Assembly (NCBI GenBank): GCA_044326545.1
Contig: JBIRBM010000005.1
Location: forward strand, 13,457-77,456
Origin: Parachlamydiaceae bacterium
GTDB taxonomy: Bacteria > Chlamydiota > Chlamydiia > Chlamydiales > Parachlamydiaceae
Length of the DNA stretch: 64,000 nucleotides
Direction: 5' to 3'
Shown: positions 44,298-52,201 of the stretch, piece after piece
How the letters are laid out: each line of letters begins with the position of its first letter
Position numbering within the stretch: the stretch's first letter is position 1
Notes under the pieces: model-generated
What the model was told of the DNA's origin: nothing
The model's database searches: none
The model's input: only the letters and a program-made list of their open reading frames with translations
Position numbers and translations under genes: made by a program

Positions 44298-45674
44298 ATG
44301 GCAAATAAACCAGCATTAACTATTTTTGGAACAGATGGAGTAAGAGGAAGAGCAAATAAACTTCCGATGCTTCCTGAAATTGCTCTTGCCTTGGGGCGGG
44401 CAGCAGGAAAAATGCTGCGTGCTCGCTCTTCGGGAAAGCCTCGAGTCGTGATTGGAAAAGACACCCGTCTTTCATGTTATGTATTTGAAAATGCCCTGAT
44501 TTCAGGATTCTGCTCCATGGGGGTTGATACATTGATGGTGGGTCCTTTACCAACTCCTGGAGTTGCATTTATTACACGTGCGTATCGAGCTGATGCGGGG
44601 ATTGTTATTTCGGCCTCTCATAATCCTTACCACGATAATGGAATTAAATTTTTTGATTCCGAGGGTTTTAAATTACCCGATGCATGGGAAAGGGAAATGG
44701 AAGCCATGGTTTTCAAGAATGACTTTCAAGATTCTCTTCCTCTGGATGATCAACTTGGGAGAAATGCAAAAATTATTGATGCTGATGGCCGCTATATTGA
44801 ATTTGTGAAAGCCACATTTCCTAGGGGTAAATCGTTGAGGAATTTAAGCATCGTCCTTGATTGTGCAAACGGTGCAGCCTATAGAGTCGCCCCTTTAGTC
44901 TTTAAAGAACTTGATGCAAAAGTTTTTGCTTATGGAGTACAGCCCGATGGCCTTAATATCAACCTTAACAGCGGGTCTTTGCATCCAGGAACTGTTCAAA
45001 AAGGGATTATCGAACATCAAGCCGATGTGGGGATTGCATTGGACGGTGACGCCGACCGGGTGGTGATGGTCGATGAAAATGCTCAAATTGTTGATGGCGA
45101 TACCATACTGGCCATTTGTGCGCGAGATATGCAAAAGCGAAATCTGCTCAAAAACAATCGCGTTGTTGGGACGGTGATGAGTAATTTAGGTTTTATTAAA
45201 GCGATGGAAACGTTAGGGATTAGTGTCATCAAATCTCAAGTAGGTGATCGATACGTGATTCAAGACATGCTGGCAAATGAATCAAATTTAGGGGGCGAGC
45301 AAAGCGGTCATGTGATTTTCCTCGATTACAATACAACAGGAGACGGACTTGTCTGTGCTTTACAGGTTTTACGCATCATGATTGAAACAGATGCTAAATT
45401 ATCAGATCTTGCTTCATTTGTTCATCGCTATCCTCAAACGTGTCTGAATGTCAGGGTTGATTCAAAGCCTTCCCTCGATTCTCTCGAAAAAGTTCAAGGG
45501 GCAATAAAAAGTGTAGAAGAGGTTTTAGGGGATTCAGGACGTATTCTTGTGCGCTATTCGGGAACGGAAAATATTTGCCGCGTCATGGTTGAAGGCAGTA
45601 AATATAAGCAAGTCATTCAACTGGCTCAAGGAGTTGCCCAGATCATTAACGAAGAGATTGGGGTTAAAAAATGA
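44298..45674 (+). CDS. glmM: Phosphoglucosamine mutase
   Basis: FGTDGVRG, SASHNPYHDNGIK, DGDADR, GGEQSGH. GGAG RBS 9 nt before ATG 44298. Confidence 0.92.
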   Translation: MANKPALTIFGTDGVRGRANKLPMLPEIALALGRAAGKMLRARSSGKPRVVIGKDTRLSCYVFENALISGFCSMGVDTLMVGPLPTPGVAFITRAYRADAGIVISASHNPYHDNGIKFFDSEGFKLPDAWEREMEAMVFKNDFQDSLPLDDQLGRNAKIIDADGRYIEFVKATFPRGKSLRNLSIVLDCANGAAYRVAPLVFKELDAKVFAYGVQPDGLNINLNSGSLHPGTVQKGIIEHQADVGIALDGDADRVVMVDENAQIVDGDTILAICARDMQKRNLLKNNRVVGTVMSNLGFIKAMETLGISVIKSQVGDRYVIQDMLANESNLGGEQSGHVIFLDYNTTGDGLVCALQVLRIMIETDAKLSDLASFVHRYPQTCLNVRVDSKPSLDSLEKVQGAIKSVEEVLGDSGRILVRYSGTENICRVMVEGSKYKQVIQLAQGVAQIINEEIGVKK

Positions 45675-45711
45675 ACGCGTTTTTAGATACCCTATTGAAG
45701 GAGTAAACAGT

Positions 45712-47535
45712 ATGTGCGGGATTTTTGGGTACATTGGCTCAAGGAATGCAATTCATGTCGTGATTGAAGGACTTAAACGGTTGGAATATCGTGGATATGA
45801 TTCTGCCGGTTTAGCAGCGGTTGATCAGAATCATATTGTGTTTTGCAAAGAAGTGGGCAAAGTGGCTGTTTTAGAGGCAGAGGCAAAAAAACAGCATTGG
45901 GAAGTTCCCGGTGCAATCGCTCAAACGCGATGGGCAACACACGGTAAAGTGACTCAAACAAACGCTCATCCTCATTTTGACACAGCCCATTCTCTTGCAA
46001 TCGTCCACAATGGGATTATTGAGAATTATGAAGTGCTTCGCAGGCAATTAAAAGAAAAAGGGGTTGTCTTTGAGTCGGACACTGACACTGAAGTGATAGC
46101 TCAATTAATCTCTAGCTATTATACGGGTGATCTTATTGCGGCTGTGCAAGAAGCAGTTGCTCAACTCACAGGCTCTTATGCTGTCGCTCTTGTGCATCGT
46201 GATTATCCCGATCAAATCATTGCAATTGCTCGGGATACCCCCCTTGTGATTGGAATTGGCACGCATGAGGCGTTTATTTCTTCTGATCCTCGTGCTTTTG
46301 CCTTTTATACACGTCGTGCTATTTATCTTGCAAATTCTGAAATTGCAGTGATTAAAGTGGATAGCCAGCAGGTCTATTCGGCGGAGGAGCCTGTTGAAAA
46401 AGAAACATGCATGCTGGATTACGAACTGAGCGACTCTTCAAAGGGAAACTTTGAACATTATACCCTTAAAGAAATTTATGAGCAGCCTCAAACGATTCGC
46501 AGCGCGCTTTTATCTCGTATCCACATCGAATATGGAACAGCCATTTTTGAAGAATTAACCTTCACAGATCACGATTTATTAAGCATTGAGAGGATCTTAA
46601 TTTTGGGGTGTGGAACTTCTTTGCATGCTGGTTACGTCGCCTCTTATCTATTTGAAGAATTTGCGCGGATTCCGGTTCAAGTCGAAATATCATCTGAATT
46701 TCGTTATAAAAATCCGATTGTTCCGCCTGGAACATTGGTCATTGCAATCAGTCAATCAGGTGAAACAGCAGACACAATTGCGGCATTGCGAGAGGTGAAG
46801 GCCAAAGGAGCTAAAGTATTAGCTTTATGTAATGTTAATGGCTCCACCTTAACGCGTGAAGCAGATGATACAATTTTCTTAAAAGCCGGCGCTGAAATTG
46901 GTGTATGCTCGACTAAAGCGTTTACAAGCCAGGTGGTTGTCCTCTCTTTGTTTACTCTTCTCATGGCAAGAATGAGGCACATGACGAAAGCGGAAGGGCA
47001 GCGATTTTTAGAACATCTGATGTGTTTGCCAGATCAAGTGCAAGCTGTTTTAAATCAAGCGCCCCAAATTGCTTCGATTGCACGAAAATTTGCCGAATAT
47101 GATAATTTTTTTTATATTGGCCGCTCCTATATGTATCCCACGAGTTTGGAGGGGGCTCTCAAGTTAAAAGAGATTTCTTATATTAACGCAAACGGATATC
47201 CCGCAGGAGAGATGAAACATGGGCCAATTGCGTTAATTAGCCAGAAGTGTCCCACAATTGCTTTGTGCGCTAATCAGATCACATATGAAAAATTGATCAG
47301 TAATTTAATGGAAATTAAAGCACGAAACGGAAAAATCGTTGCAATTGCTAACCGTGAAGATAAGTCTTTAGAAGAAATTGTGGATGAGTTGATTTATGTT
47401 CCTTCTTGCAGTGATGAATTGGCAGTGGTTCCTGTCACTGTCGCCAATCAGTTGTTTGCCTATTACGTCGCACAAATAAGGGGGGCAGATATTGATCACC
47501 CTCGTAATTTAGCAAAATCAGTGACGGTGGAGTAA
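45712..47535 (+). CDS. glmS: Glutamine--fructose-6-phosphate aminotransferase
   Basis: MCGIFGY N-terminal nucleophile with GAAGGAG RBS upstream. Two SIS domains (SQSGETADT) and a KSVTVE C terminus. The ORF-track extension upstream of 45712 overlaps glmM and is rejected. Confidence 0.93.
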   Translation: MCGIFGYIGSRNAIHVVIEGLKRLEYRGYDSAGLAAVDQNHIVFCKEVGKVAVLEAEAKKQHWEVPGAIAQTRWATHGKVTQTNAHPHFDTAHSLAIVHNGIIENYEVLRRQLKEKGVVFESDTDTEVIAQLISSYYTGDLIAAVQEAVAQLTGSYAVALVHRDYPDQIIAIARDTPLVIGIGTHEAFISSDPRAFAFYTRRAIYLANSEIAVIKVDSQQVYSAEEPVEKETCMLDYELSDSSKGNFEHYTLKEIYEQPQTIRSALLSRIHIEYGTAIFEELTFTDHDLLSIERILILGCGTSLHAGYVASYLFEEFARIPVQVEISSEFRYKNPIVPPGTLVIAISQSGETADTIAALREVKAKGAKVLALCNVNGSTLTREADDTIFLKAGAEIGVCSTKAFTSQVVVLSLFTLLMARMRHMTKAEGQRFLEHLMCLPDQVQAVLNQAPQIASIARKFAEYDNFFYIGRSYMYPTSLEGALKLKEISYINANGYPAGEMKHGPIALISQKCPTIALCANQITYEKLISNLMEIKARNGKIVAIANREDKSLEEIVDELIYVPSCSDELAVVPVTVANQLFAYYVAQIRGADIDHPRNLAKSVTVE

Positions 47536-47561
47536 TAACCTGTTCAGAATCTTTGATCACC
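47536..47561. repeat. Family B left arm (B12)
   Basis: TAACCTGTTCAGAATCTTTGATCACC, immediately after the glmS stop. Confidence 0.6.
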
Positions 47562-47626
47562 ATATAAAAATCATGCATTTTTTCAAGGAAAGTCAGTTTT
47601 GAAAGAGGGGTTATTGTTGCTCAATT

Positions 47627-47746
47627 CCTAGTGCTCTGTCTCTGTCAAGCTTAAATTTTCGAATTAGACTTGCCTGAAAGCTCTCGTGATTGAGAGATCG
47701 CAAATTCAATCGGAAAATTTAAACTTGACAGAGACAGAGCATTAGG
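47627..47746. mobile_element. Family E palindromic element (120 bp)
   Basis: Arms CCTAGTGCTCTGTCTCTGTCAAGCTTAAATTTTCGAATT and AATTCAATCGGAAAATTTAAACTTGACAGAGACAGAGCATTAGG. Single copy in this window. Confidence 0.7.
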
Positions 47747-47854
47747 GCGTGTCATCAATTGCTCATCGCCTCTATTCAAGATGATTTCTGAAGCGATGCG
47801 ACCACCCGCTTGGAAAGAACTTGAATAAATTTATGATCAATTGATGACACGCCT
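47744..47854. mobile_element. Family D MITE-like element (D2, 111 bp), inverted relative to D1
   Basis: AGGGCGTGTCATCAATTGCTCATCGCCTCTATTCAAGATGATTTCTGAAGCGATGCGACCACCCGCTTGGAAAGAACTTGAATAAA...GATCAATTGATGACACGCCT. This matches the reverse complement of D1 with few differences. Confidence 0.8.
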
Positions 47855-47882
47855 TAAGCTCATCTATTGCTCTTGAGTCATT

Positions 47883-48227
47883 TTAACGGACATTAAAATA
47901 GAACCCTGATCCATCGACTCCTGCACTAGCGCCGTGTGCATTAGGTTCAGCGTAATAATGTTGGCCATAAGGATGGTTGTTGTCGTAAATGTAACCGGCA
48001 TTGTCATCATAGCCGTTGCCGTAGTAACCATTGCTATAGTAGTTGTTGTCGCCGTAGAAATCAGTTCTTCCACCGCCCCACCAACCGCCATTTCCGCCCC
48101 AAGCAGCTCGGCCGTTATCATAAGCTCCCCATCTTCCCGAAGATGCTTCTAACTGATTGTAACCGACTGAAAATAAGCTTGCAAAGAGGCAAGAACCTAA
48201 AATTAAAGACTTAAAAGAACGAGACAT
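47883..48227 (-). CDS. Secreted Gly/Tyr/Asn/Trp-rich low-complexity protein (paralogue 1)
   Basis: Signal peptide MSRSFKSLILGSCLFASLFSVG, then GGNGGWWGGG...YYSNGYYGNGYDDN..., ending GSGFYFNVR. RBS AAGGAGGA upstream (rc of 48230-48237). Confidence 0.6.
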   Translation of the reverse strand: MSRSFKSLILGSCLFASLFSVGYNQLEASSGRWGAYDNGRAAWGGNGGWWGGGRTDFYGDNNYYSNGYYGNGYDDNAGYIYDNNHPYGQHYYAEPNAHGASAGVDGSGFYFNVR

Positions 48228-48291
48228 AGATCCTCCTTATAATTGAATCTAATTTAGCGCCTAATCCCGCTCTTGAGTGGTTGGGATTGGC

Positions 48292-48561
48292 TTATTGCCT
48301 AAATTTCGCTTTCTCTTTCTTACCGAAGCATGAAAGCTCCCGAAGATTGATAAATTCCGAGGACCCACATTTTTTATAGGGTGATCTCAGATCGGTATCT
48401 CTCCATCCGAGATGAAGGATGCAATCTTCAATCCTTGAGGCTTTAACAGAGCTTAAAAGAAAAAAACAAAACACAGGCTCATATTGATGAGATGTTTTTG
48501 CAAAATTTTCAATGAAATCATTGTTGATTTTGCAATCAAATAATTTCTTAGCATATTTCAT
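48292..48561 (-). CDS. Hypothetical small protein between the two Gly-rich genes
   Basis: 89-aa ORF on the same strand as its neighbours. No motif or clear RBS; it may be spurious. Confidence 0.2.
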   Translation of the reverse strand: MKYAKKLFDCKINNDFIENFAKTSHQYEPVFCFFLLSSVKASRIEDCILHLGWRDTDLRSPYKKCGSSEFINLRELSCFGKKEKAKFRQ

Positions 48562-48752
48562 AAAAAAAATAACCTTAAAAGTTTCTTAAGTGAGGAGAAA
48601 AAAAAGAAGAAATCAATCGATCTTTCTAGAAAATCAGAGAGTTAAATCATGATTCAATTTAGAGAAAAACACGAAATAAGAGGAGAAAAAGAGGGTGAAT
48701 AACAGAAGGGTGGGGCCAAGCTAAAAAGCCTTGGCCCTCATGAAGAGGATGA

Positions 48753-49166
48753 TTACCTCACGTTATAATAAACACCTGAATCAGCATCATAATAGTAGTT
48801 ACTATACGGATATGTATTATCATAGTAGGGAGAAGCCGATCCTTGATAATAGGAAGGAGCTCCATAGACTCCTAGGCCGTAACCTAAACCATAAGCTGCA
48901 CCATAACCTCGATAATAATTGCCTCCCCAATGATTGCGATCCCAATCGCCGTGATGCCCTCCATTCCAGCCGTGTCCGCCACCCCAATCACCATGATGCC
49001 CTCCTCCGCTCCATTCGCTCCCATGTCCGCCACCACCGCCATGTCCGCCACCACCGCCATGTCCACCACCACCGCCACGAGCTGACAGGGTATTAAAATT
49101 GAGCGGTAACAAAAACAGTGCTAACAAAAAAGCACTTGAAATGAGATATTTTAAAGAAAGCGTCAT
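48753..49166 (-). CDS. Secreted Gly/His/Tyr-rich low-complexity protein (paralogue 2)
   Basis: Signal peptide MTLSLKYLISSAFLLALFLLPL, then (GGGGHG)x3 and GGGHHGDWGGGHGWNGGHHGDW, then a Tyr/Gly-rich part ending DSGVYYNVR. RBS AGGAGGG upstream (rc of 49171-49177). Confidence 0.6.
   Translation of the reverse strand: MTLSLKYLISSAFLLALFLLPLNFNTLSARGGGGGHGGGGGHGGGGGHGSEWSGGGHHGDWGGGHGWNGGHHGDWDRNHWGGNYYRGYGAAYGLGYGLGVYGAPSYYQGSASPYYDNTYPYSNYYYDADSGVYYNVR
49021..49074 (-). repeat. Three tandem 18-bp units (CCATGTCCGCCACCACCG on + strand) encoding GGGGHG
   Basis: Units at 49021-49038, 49039-49056 and 49057-49074. The third differs by one base. Confidence 0.85.
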
Positions 49167-49508
49167 AAACCCTCCTTACGAAAAGGTCATAGTGAATAGA
49201 ACCAAGAACACTCCACTCCTTTCCCTCGCCTCCCTTTTCTATCACTTGGTTTCATGATTAAGCTTAAGAGCTTTTTTTCACATTCAAGTGACCTCCCAGG
49301 GGGTGGGGGAGAAGGAGTGGAGATGGAAAATCACAATAGGGCTCATATTAAAAAATATGAAGGCCTTTGTGCTTTTCTATTTGCGAGATCTTTCAAACCC
49401 GCGACACAGATGCTTCATGCAAAATACGTGCCGGCTTATCTGGATTTATGGCTTTTTTCTTTGATGTTTTTCAACGAAAAGGGGATGTAAAAAACAACAG
49501 CACCCCCA

Positions 49509-49605
49509 GAGACTGTCTTAAAGCCTCACTTTACGCAACGAGAGCGCGATTTGGACTGAAGCGAAAACTCGCGCTGTGCTTAAGGTGAGGTTTTAAGACA
49601 GTCTC
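49509..49605. repeat. Family A repeat with extra outer stem (A9)
   Basis: GAGACTGTCTTAAAGCCTCACTTTACGCAACGAGAGCGCGATTTGG...CTCGCGCTGTGCTTAAGGTGAGGTTTTAAGACAGTCTC. Confidence 0.8.
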
Positions 49606-49956
49606 TTAGAACCTCATGACAGATGTTAAGAAGGTTCTTATGTGCACCAAACATCCAGTATAAATCAAATCACTCATACATTAAAACCTCCTCTATTTTT
49701 ATTTTATTTATTTTGATTTAGTTTGTCAAATCATTTTTTTAATTTTTATGTTTTATTTTTTGAGTTTTTAACTCAGCTTAAACGATAAATCACACTCTTC
49801 GTGTGTCAGGTCTGTTAATCAGCATTGCCTCTATAAAATCGTTGTCAAATTCGTAACCTATGTGTTAAAGTTGGCTTATTTTTTAAACAACAAGCGTCGA
49901 TATTAATAAAAATTCAATTTTATTTCTTTGCTTGTTATCATAGACCCATTCGATTA

Positions 49957-50119
49957 AGGGGTGCCTAGACGATAGGATCAGGCTGCTTTGCTGCTATGAA
50001 TTAGCTATAAAAGTGCAAAAAATGTTCAGAATATTAAGTCAATATTGCCGACATTTTTTAGAGCGTTTTTAAGTCATTTTAGCACATACATCAGACGATC
50101 GAATTTTATAGACACCCTC
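49957..50119. repeat. Family B-related mosaic element (B13)
   Basis: GGGGTGCCTAGACGATAGGATCAGGCTGCTTTGCTGCTATGAATTAGCTATAAAAG...CATCAGACGATCGAATTTTATAGACACCCTC. It has the B internal module but different termini. Confidence 0.5.
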
Positions 50120-50153
50120 TAAACAAGGTCGAATCAATTTTAGAGAGTATGGA

Positions 50154-51536
50154 ATGCAAAAAGCAAGAGAGCATTGGAGTTCCCGTTTAGGATTTATCTT
50201 AGCGGCCGCTGGGTCTGCAATCGGGTTAGGAACATTATGGAAGTTTCCTTATGTCACAGGGGAAAATGGGGGAGGGCTTTTTGTCCTTATGTACATGCTG
50301 TGCACTTTCTTAATTGGAATCCCTGTTTTTATTGCTGAGCTTATTTTGGGGAGAAAGGTTCAAAGGGGAGCTGTTGGAATATTTATCAATTTAACGGATA
50401 ATTCCACCCTTTGGAAAGCCATTGGCTGGATGGGTGTTGCCTCCTCTTTTTTAATCATGTCTTTTTACAGTGTTTTAGCAGGTTGGGGACTCAATTATGT
50501 CTTTATGTCTTTAAGTCAATTTTATGTTGATCTGAGCGCAGAAGAAATCTCCCACGTCTTCGATATTCTGTCTTCTTCTGCTGATATTACATTATTTTGG
50601 CATTTCATCTTTACCATTTTAACAGGAGCTGTTGTTTATCAGGGGATTCGTCAAGGAATTGAGTATTGGAGCAAATTCATGATGTTCGGACTTTTATTCC
50701 TTTTAGTTGCCATGTGCTTATATGCCTTTACGCTAGAAGGGTTTAGGCAAGGGGCTTATTTTATTCTCTACCCTGATGTTTCAAAATTTAAAGCCTCAGC
50801 CGCTCTGCAAGCTTTGGGATTGTCCTTCTTTACCTTAAGTCTTGGGCAAGGCATTATGTTGACATATGGAAGCTATATGAAGCGTAGCGATGATATTCCT
50901 AAAACCTCCATTATTATTGGGGTGATGACGGTTATTATTGCTGTTTTTGCTGGTTTAATGATTTTCCCTATTATTTTCACCTTTGGTTTTTCTCCGGAGT
51001 CGGGGCCGGGATTAGTGATGAAGACATTGCCTGTTTTATTTGCTCAGCTCCCCGGTGCCCTTTTTATCTCGACAAGTTTTTTCATTTTATTTGTGTTTGC
51101 CGGTTTAACATCTGCTGTTGCTTTGATTGAAGTGGTGGCAGCGAATTTTACCGATTTATTCGGTTGGTCAAGACACAAGGCAGTTGCCATCACCTGTGTT
51201 TCGTGTTTTATTTTTGGAATTCCCAGTGCTTTATCCAACACAAATACGTTGTTTGCCAATTGGTCTGCCATCTACGGCAAAAATTTTTTTGAGACCGTCA
51301 ATGATATTGTCTCTTTATGGCTACTCCCGATCAGTGGATTAATGACGGCGATTTTTACCGGTTGGGTGATAGATAAAAAGATGATTTATGAAGAATTTAA
51401 TGCAGGGACAACGCTTGGTTGGTTATGGAAGCCGTGGAGGTTTTTCCTTCGCTGGGTTGCACCCTTGGCAATTATCTTTATTATGCTCCAACAAAGTGGA
51501 ATGATTGATATTGATGCTTATTTTATCCAAAGCTGA
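50154..51536 (+). CDS. Neurotransmitter:sodium symporter (NSS/SNF) family transporter
   Basis: WSSRLGFILAAAGSAIGLGTLWKFPY signature at the N terminus; about 11-12 TM segments. Confidence 0.88.
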   Translation: MQKAREHWSSRLGFILAAAGSAIGLGTLWKFPYVTGENGGGLFVLMYMLCTFLIGIPVFIAELILGRKVQRGAVGIFINLTDNSTLWKAIGWMGVASSFLIMSFYSVLAGWGLNYVFMSLSQFYVDLSAEEISHVFDILSSSADITLFWHFIFTILTGAVVYQGIRQGIEYWSKFMMFGLLFLLVAMCLYAFTLEGFRQGAYFILYPDVSKFKASAALQALGLSFFTLSLGQGIMLTYGSYMKRSDDIPKTSIIIGVMTVIIAVFAGLMIFPIIFTFGFSPESGPGLVMKTLPVLFAQLPGALFISTSFFILFVFAGLTSAVALIEVVAANFTDLFGWSRHKAVAITCVSCFIFGIPSALSNTNTLFANWSAIYGKNFFETVNDIVSLWLLPISGLMTAIFTGWVIDKKMIYEEFNAGTTLGWLWKPWRFFLRWVAPLAIIFIMLQQSGMIDIDAYFIQS

Positions 51537-51631
51537 TAAAAAAAAGAAAGAGGGGATCTAGAAGCTTCGATTTTCGATTCACCGGTTTTGCATCCTGATT
51601 GTGTCTGCAAAAATGAAGAAGCCCCTCTTTT

Positions 51632-51682
51632 TATAGCGAATTTAAAACAGCAAAGCATGCTGATCATAGATTTTAAATCGCC
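51632..51682. repeat. Family B arm in reverse orientation (B14)
   Basis: The reverse complement reads ATTTAAAATCTATGATCAGCATGCTTTGCTGTTTTAAATTCGCTATAAA. Confidence 0.5.
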
Positions 51683-51691
51683 TTTATCCGT

Positions 51692-51973
51692 TTATTCTTG
51701 AGATGTTAACATTTTAGAGAGGATAAAACCGTTTTCTTTCAAGCAACAGGGATAATAGACATCAACAAACGCTTTATAAAATAATTTGTCTTTTGGATAA
51801 ATCGTCCTTTTGTTTTCAAATTCTTCTTTCATTGGCTCTGGAATGATAATTCCAACGAGATTTAACACTTTCTTTAAATTCTCTTCGTGAAATTGAACTT
51901 TATCATCCGAAATTTCTGCTACGATATCATTTGTTGCTGGGTGACAAAGATGTAGCTGTACGTTATTATGCAT
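51692..51973 (-). CDS. Hypothetical protein
   Basis: 93-aa ORF. No motif recognised. Confidence 0.3.
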   Translation of the reverse strand: MHNNVQLHLCHPATNDIVAEISDDKVQFHEENLKKVLNLVGIIIPEPMKEEFENKRTIYPKDKLFYKAFVDVYYPCCLKENGFILSKMLTSQE

Positions 51974-52050
51974 GTTTTTCTTGCCTCTTTAATGCGTGAC
52001 TGATGATGATATTATAAACATCTGAGTTGAATTTCAGATAAAAAGCCCCG

Positions 52051-52100
52051 ACTCACTTCAATCATTCACCTTAGGCACCAGGAGTACGTAAGGTGAGTGA
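52051..52100. repeat. Family A repeat (A10)
   Basis: ACTCACTTCAATCATTCACCTTAGGCACCAGGAGTACGTAAGGTGAGTGA. Confidence 0.6.
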
Positions 52101-52201
52101 TTTAAATGTGCGAGAGAACTGAAAATCGCCTTCGGTATCATGTGTGCGATCTCCATTTTTTTCTAACATTTTCTATTTAAAAACAATAAAAGCAAGTGTT
52201 T

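Noticed and set aside
45547-45711. The ORF-track version of glmS starts 165 nt upstream, inside glmM.
   Set aside because: GlmS must begin with Met-Cys (the Cys is the N-terminal nucleophile). MCGIFGY starts at 45712 with a GAAGGAG RBS. The upstream part overlaps glmM in another frame.
45675-45711. A glmS ribozyme upstream of glmS.
   Set aside because: Only 37 nt separate glmM and glmS, which is far too short. The genes look co-transcribed.
47864-49096. Thr/Val/Ala-rich and His/Arg-rich ORFs (47864-48121, 47934-48152, 48731-49096, 48884-49078) overlapping the Gly-rich genes.
   Set aside because: These are alternative-frame or antisense readings of GGN/CCN-rich low-complexity DNA. Only the frames with signal peptide, RBS and the shared C-terminal motif look genuine.
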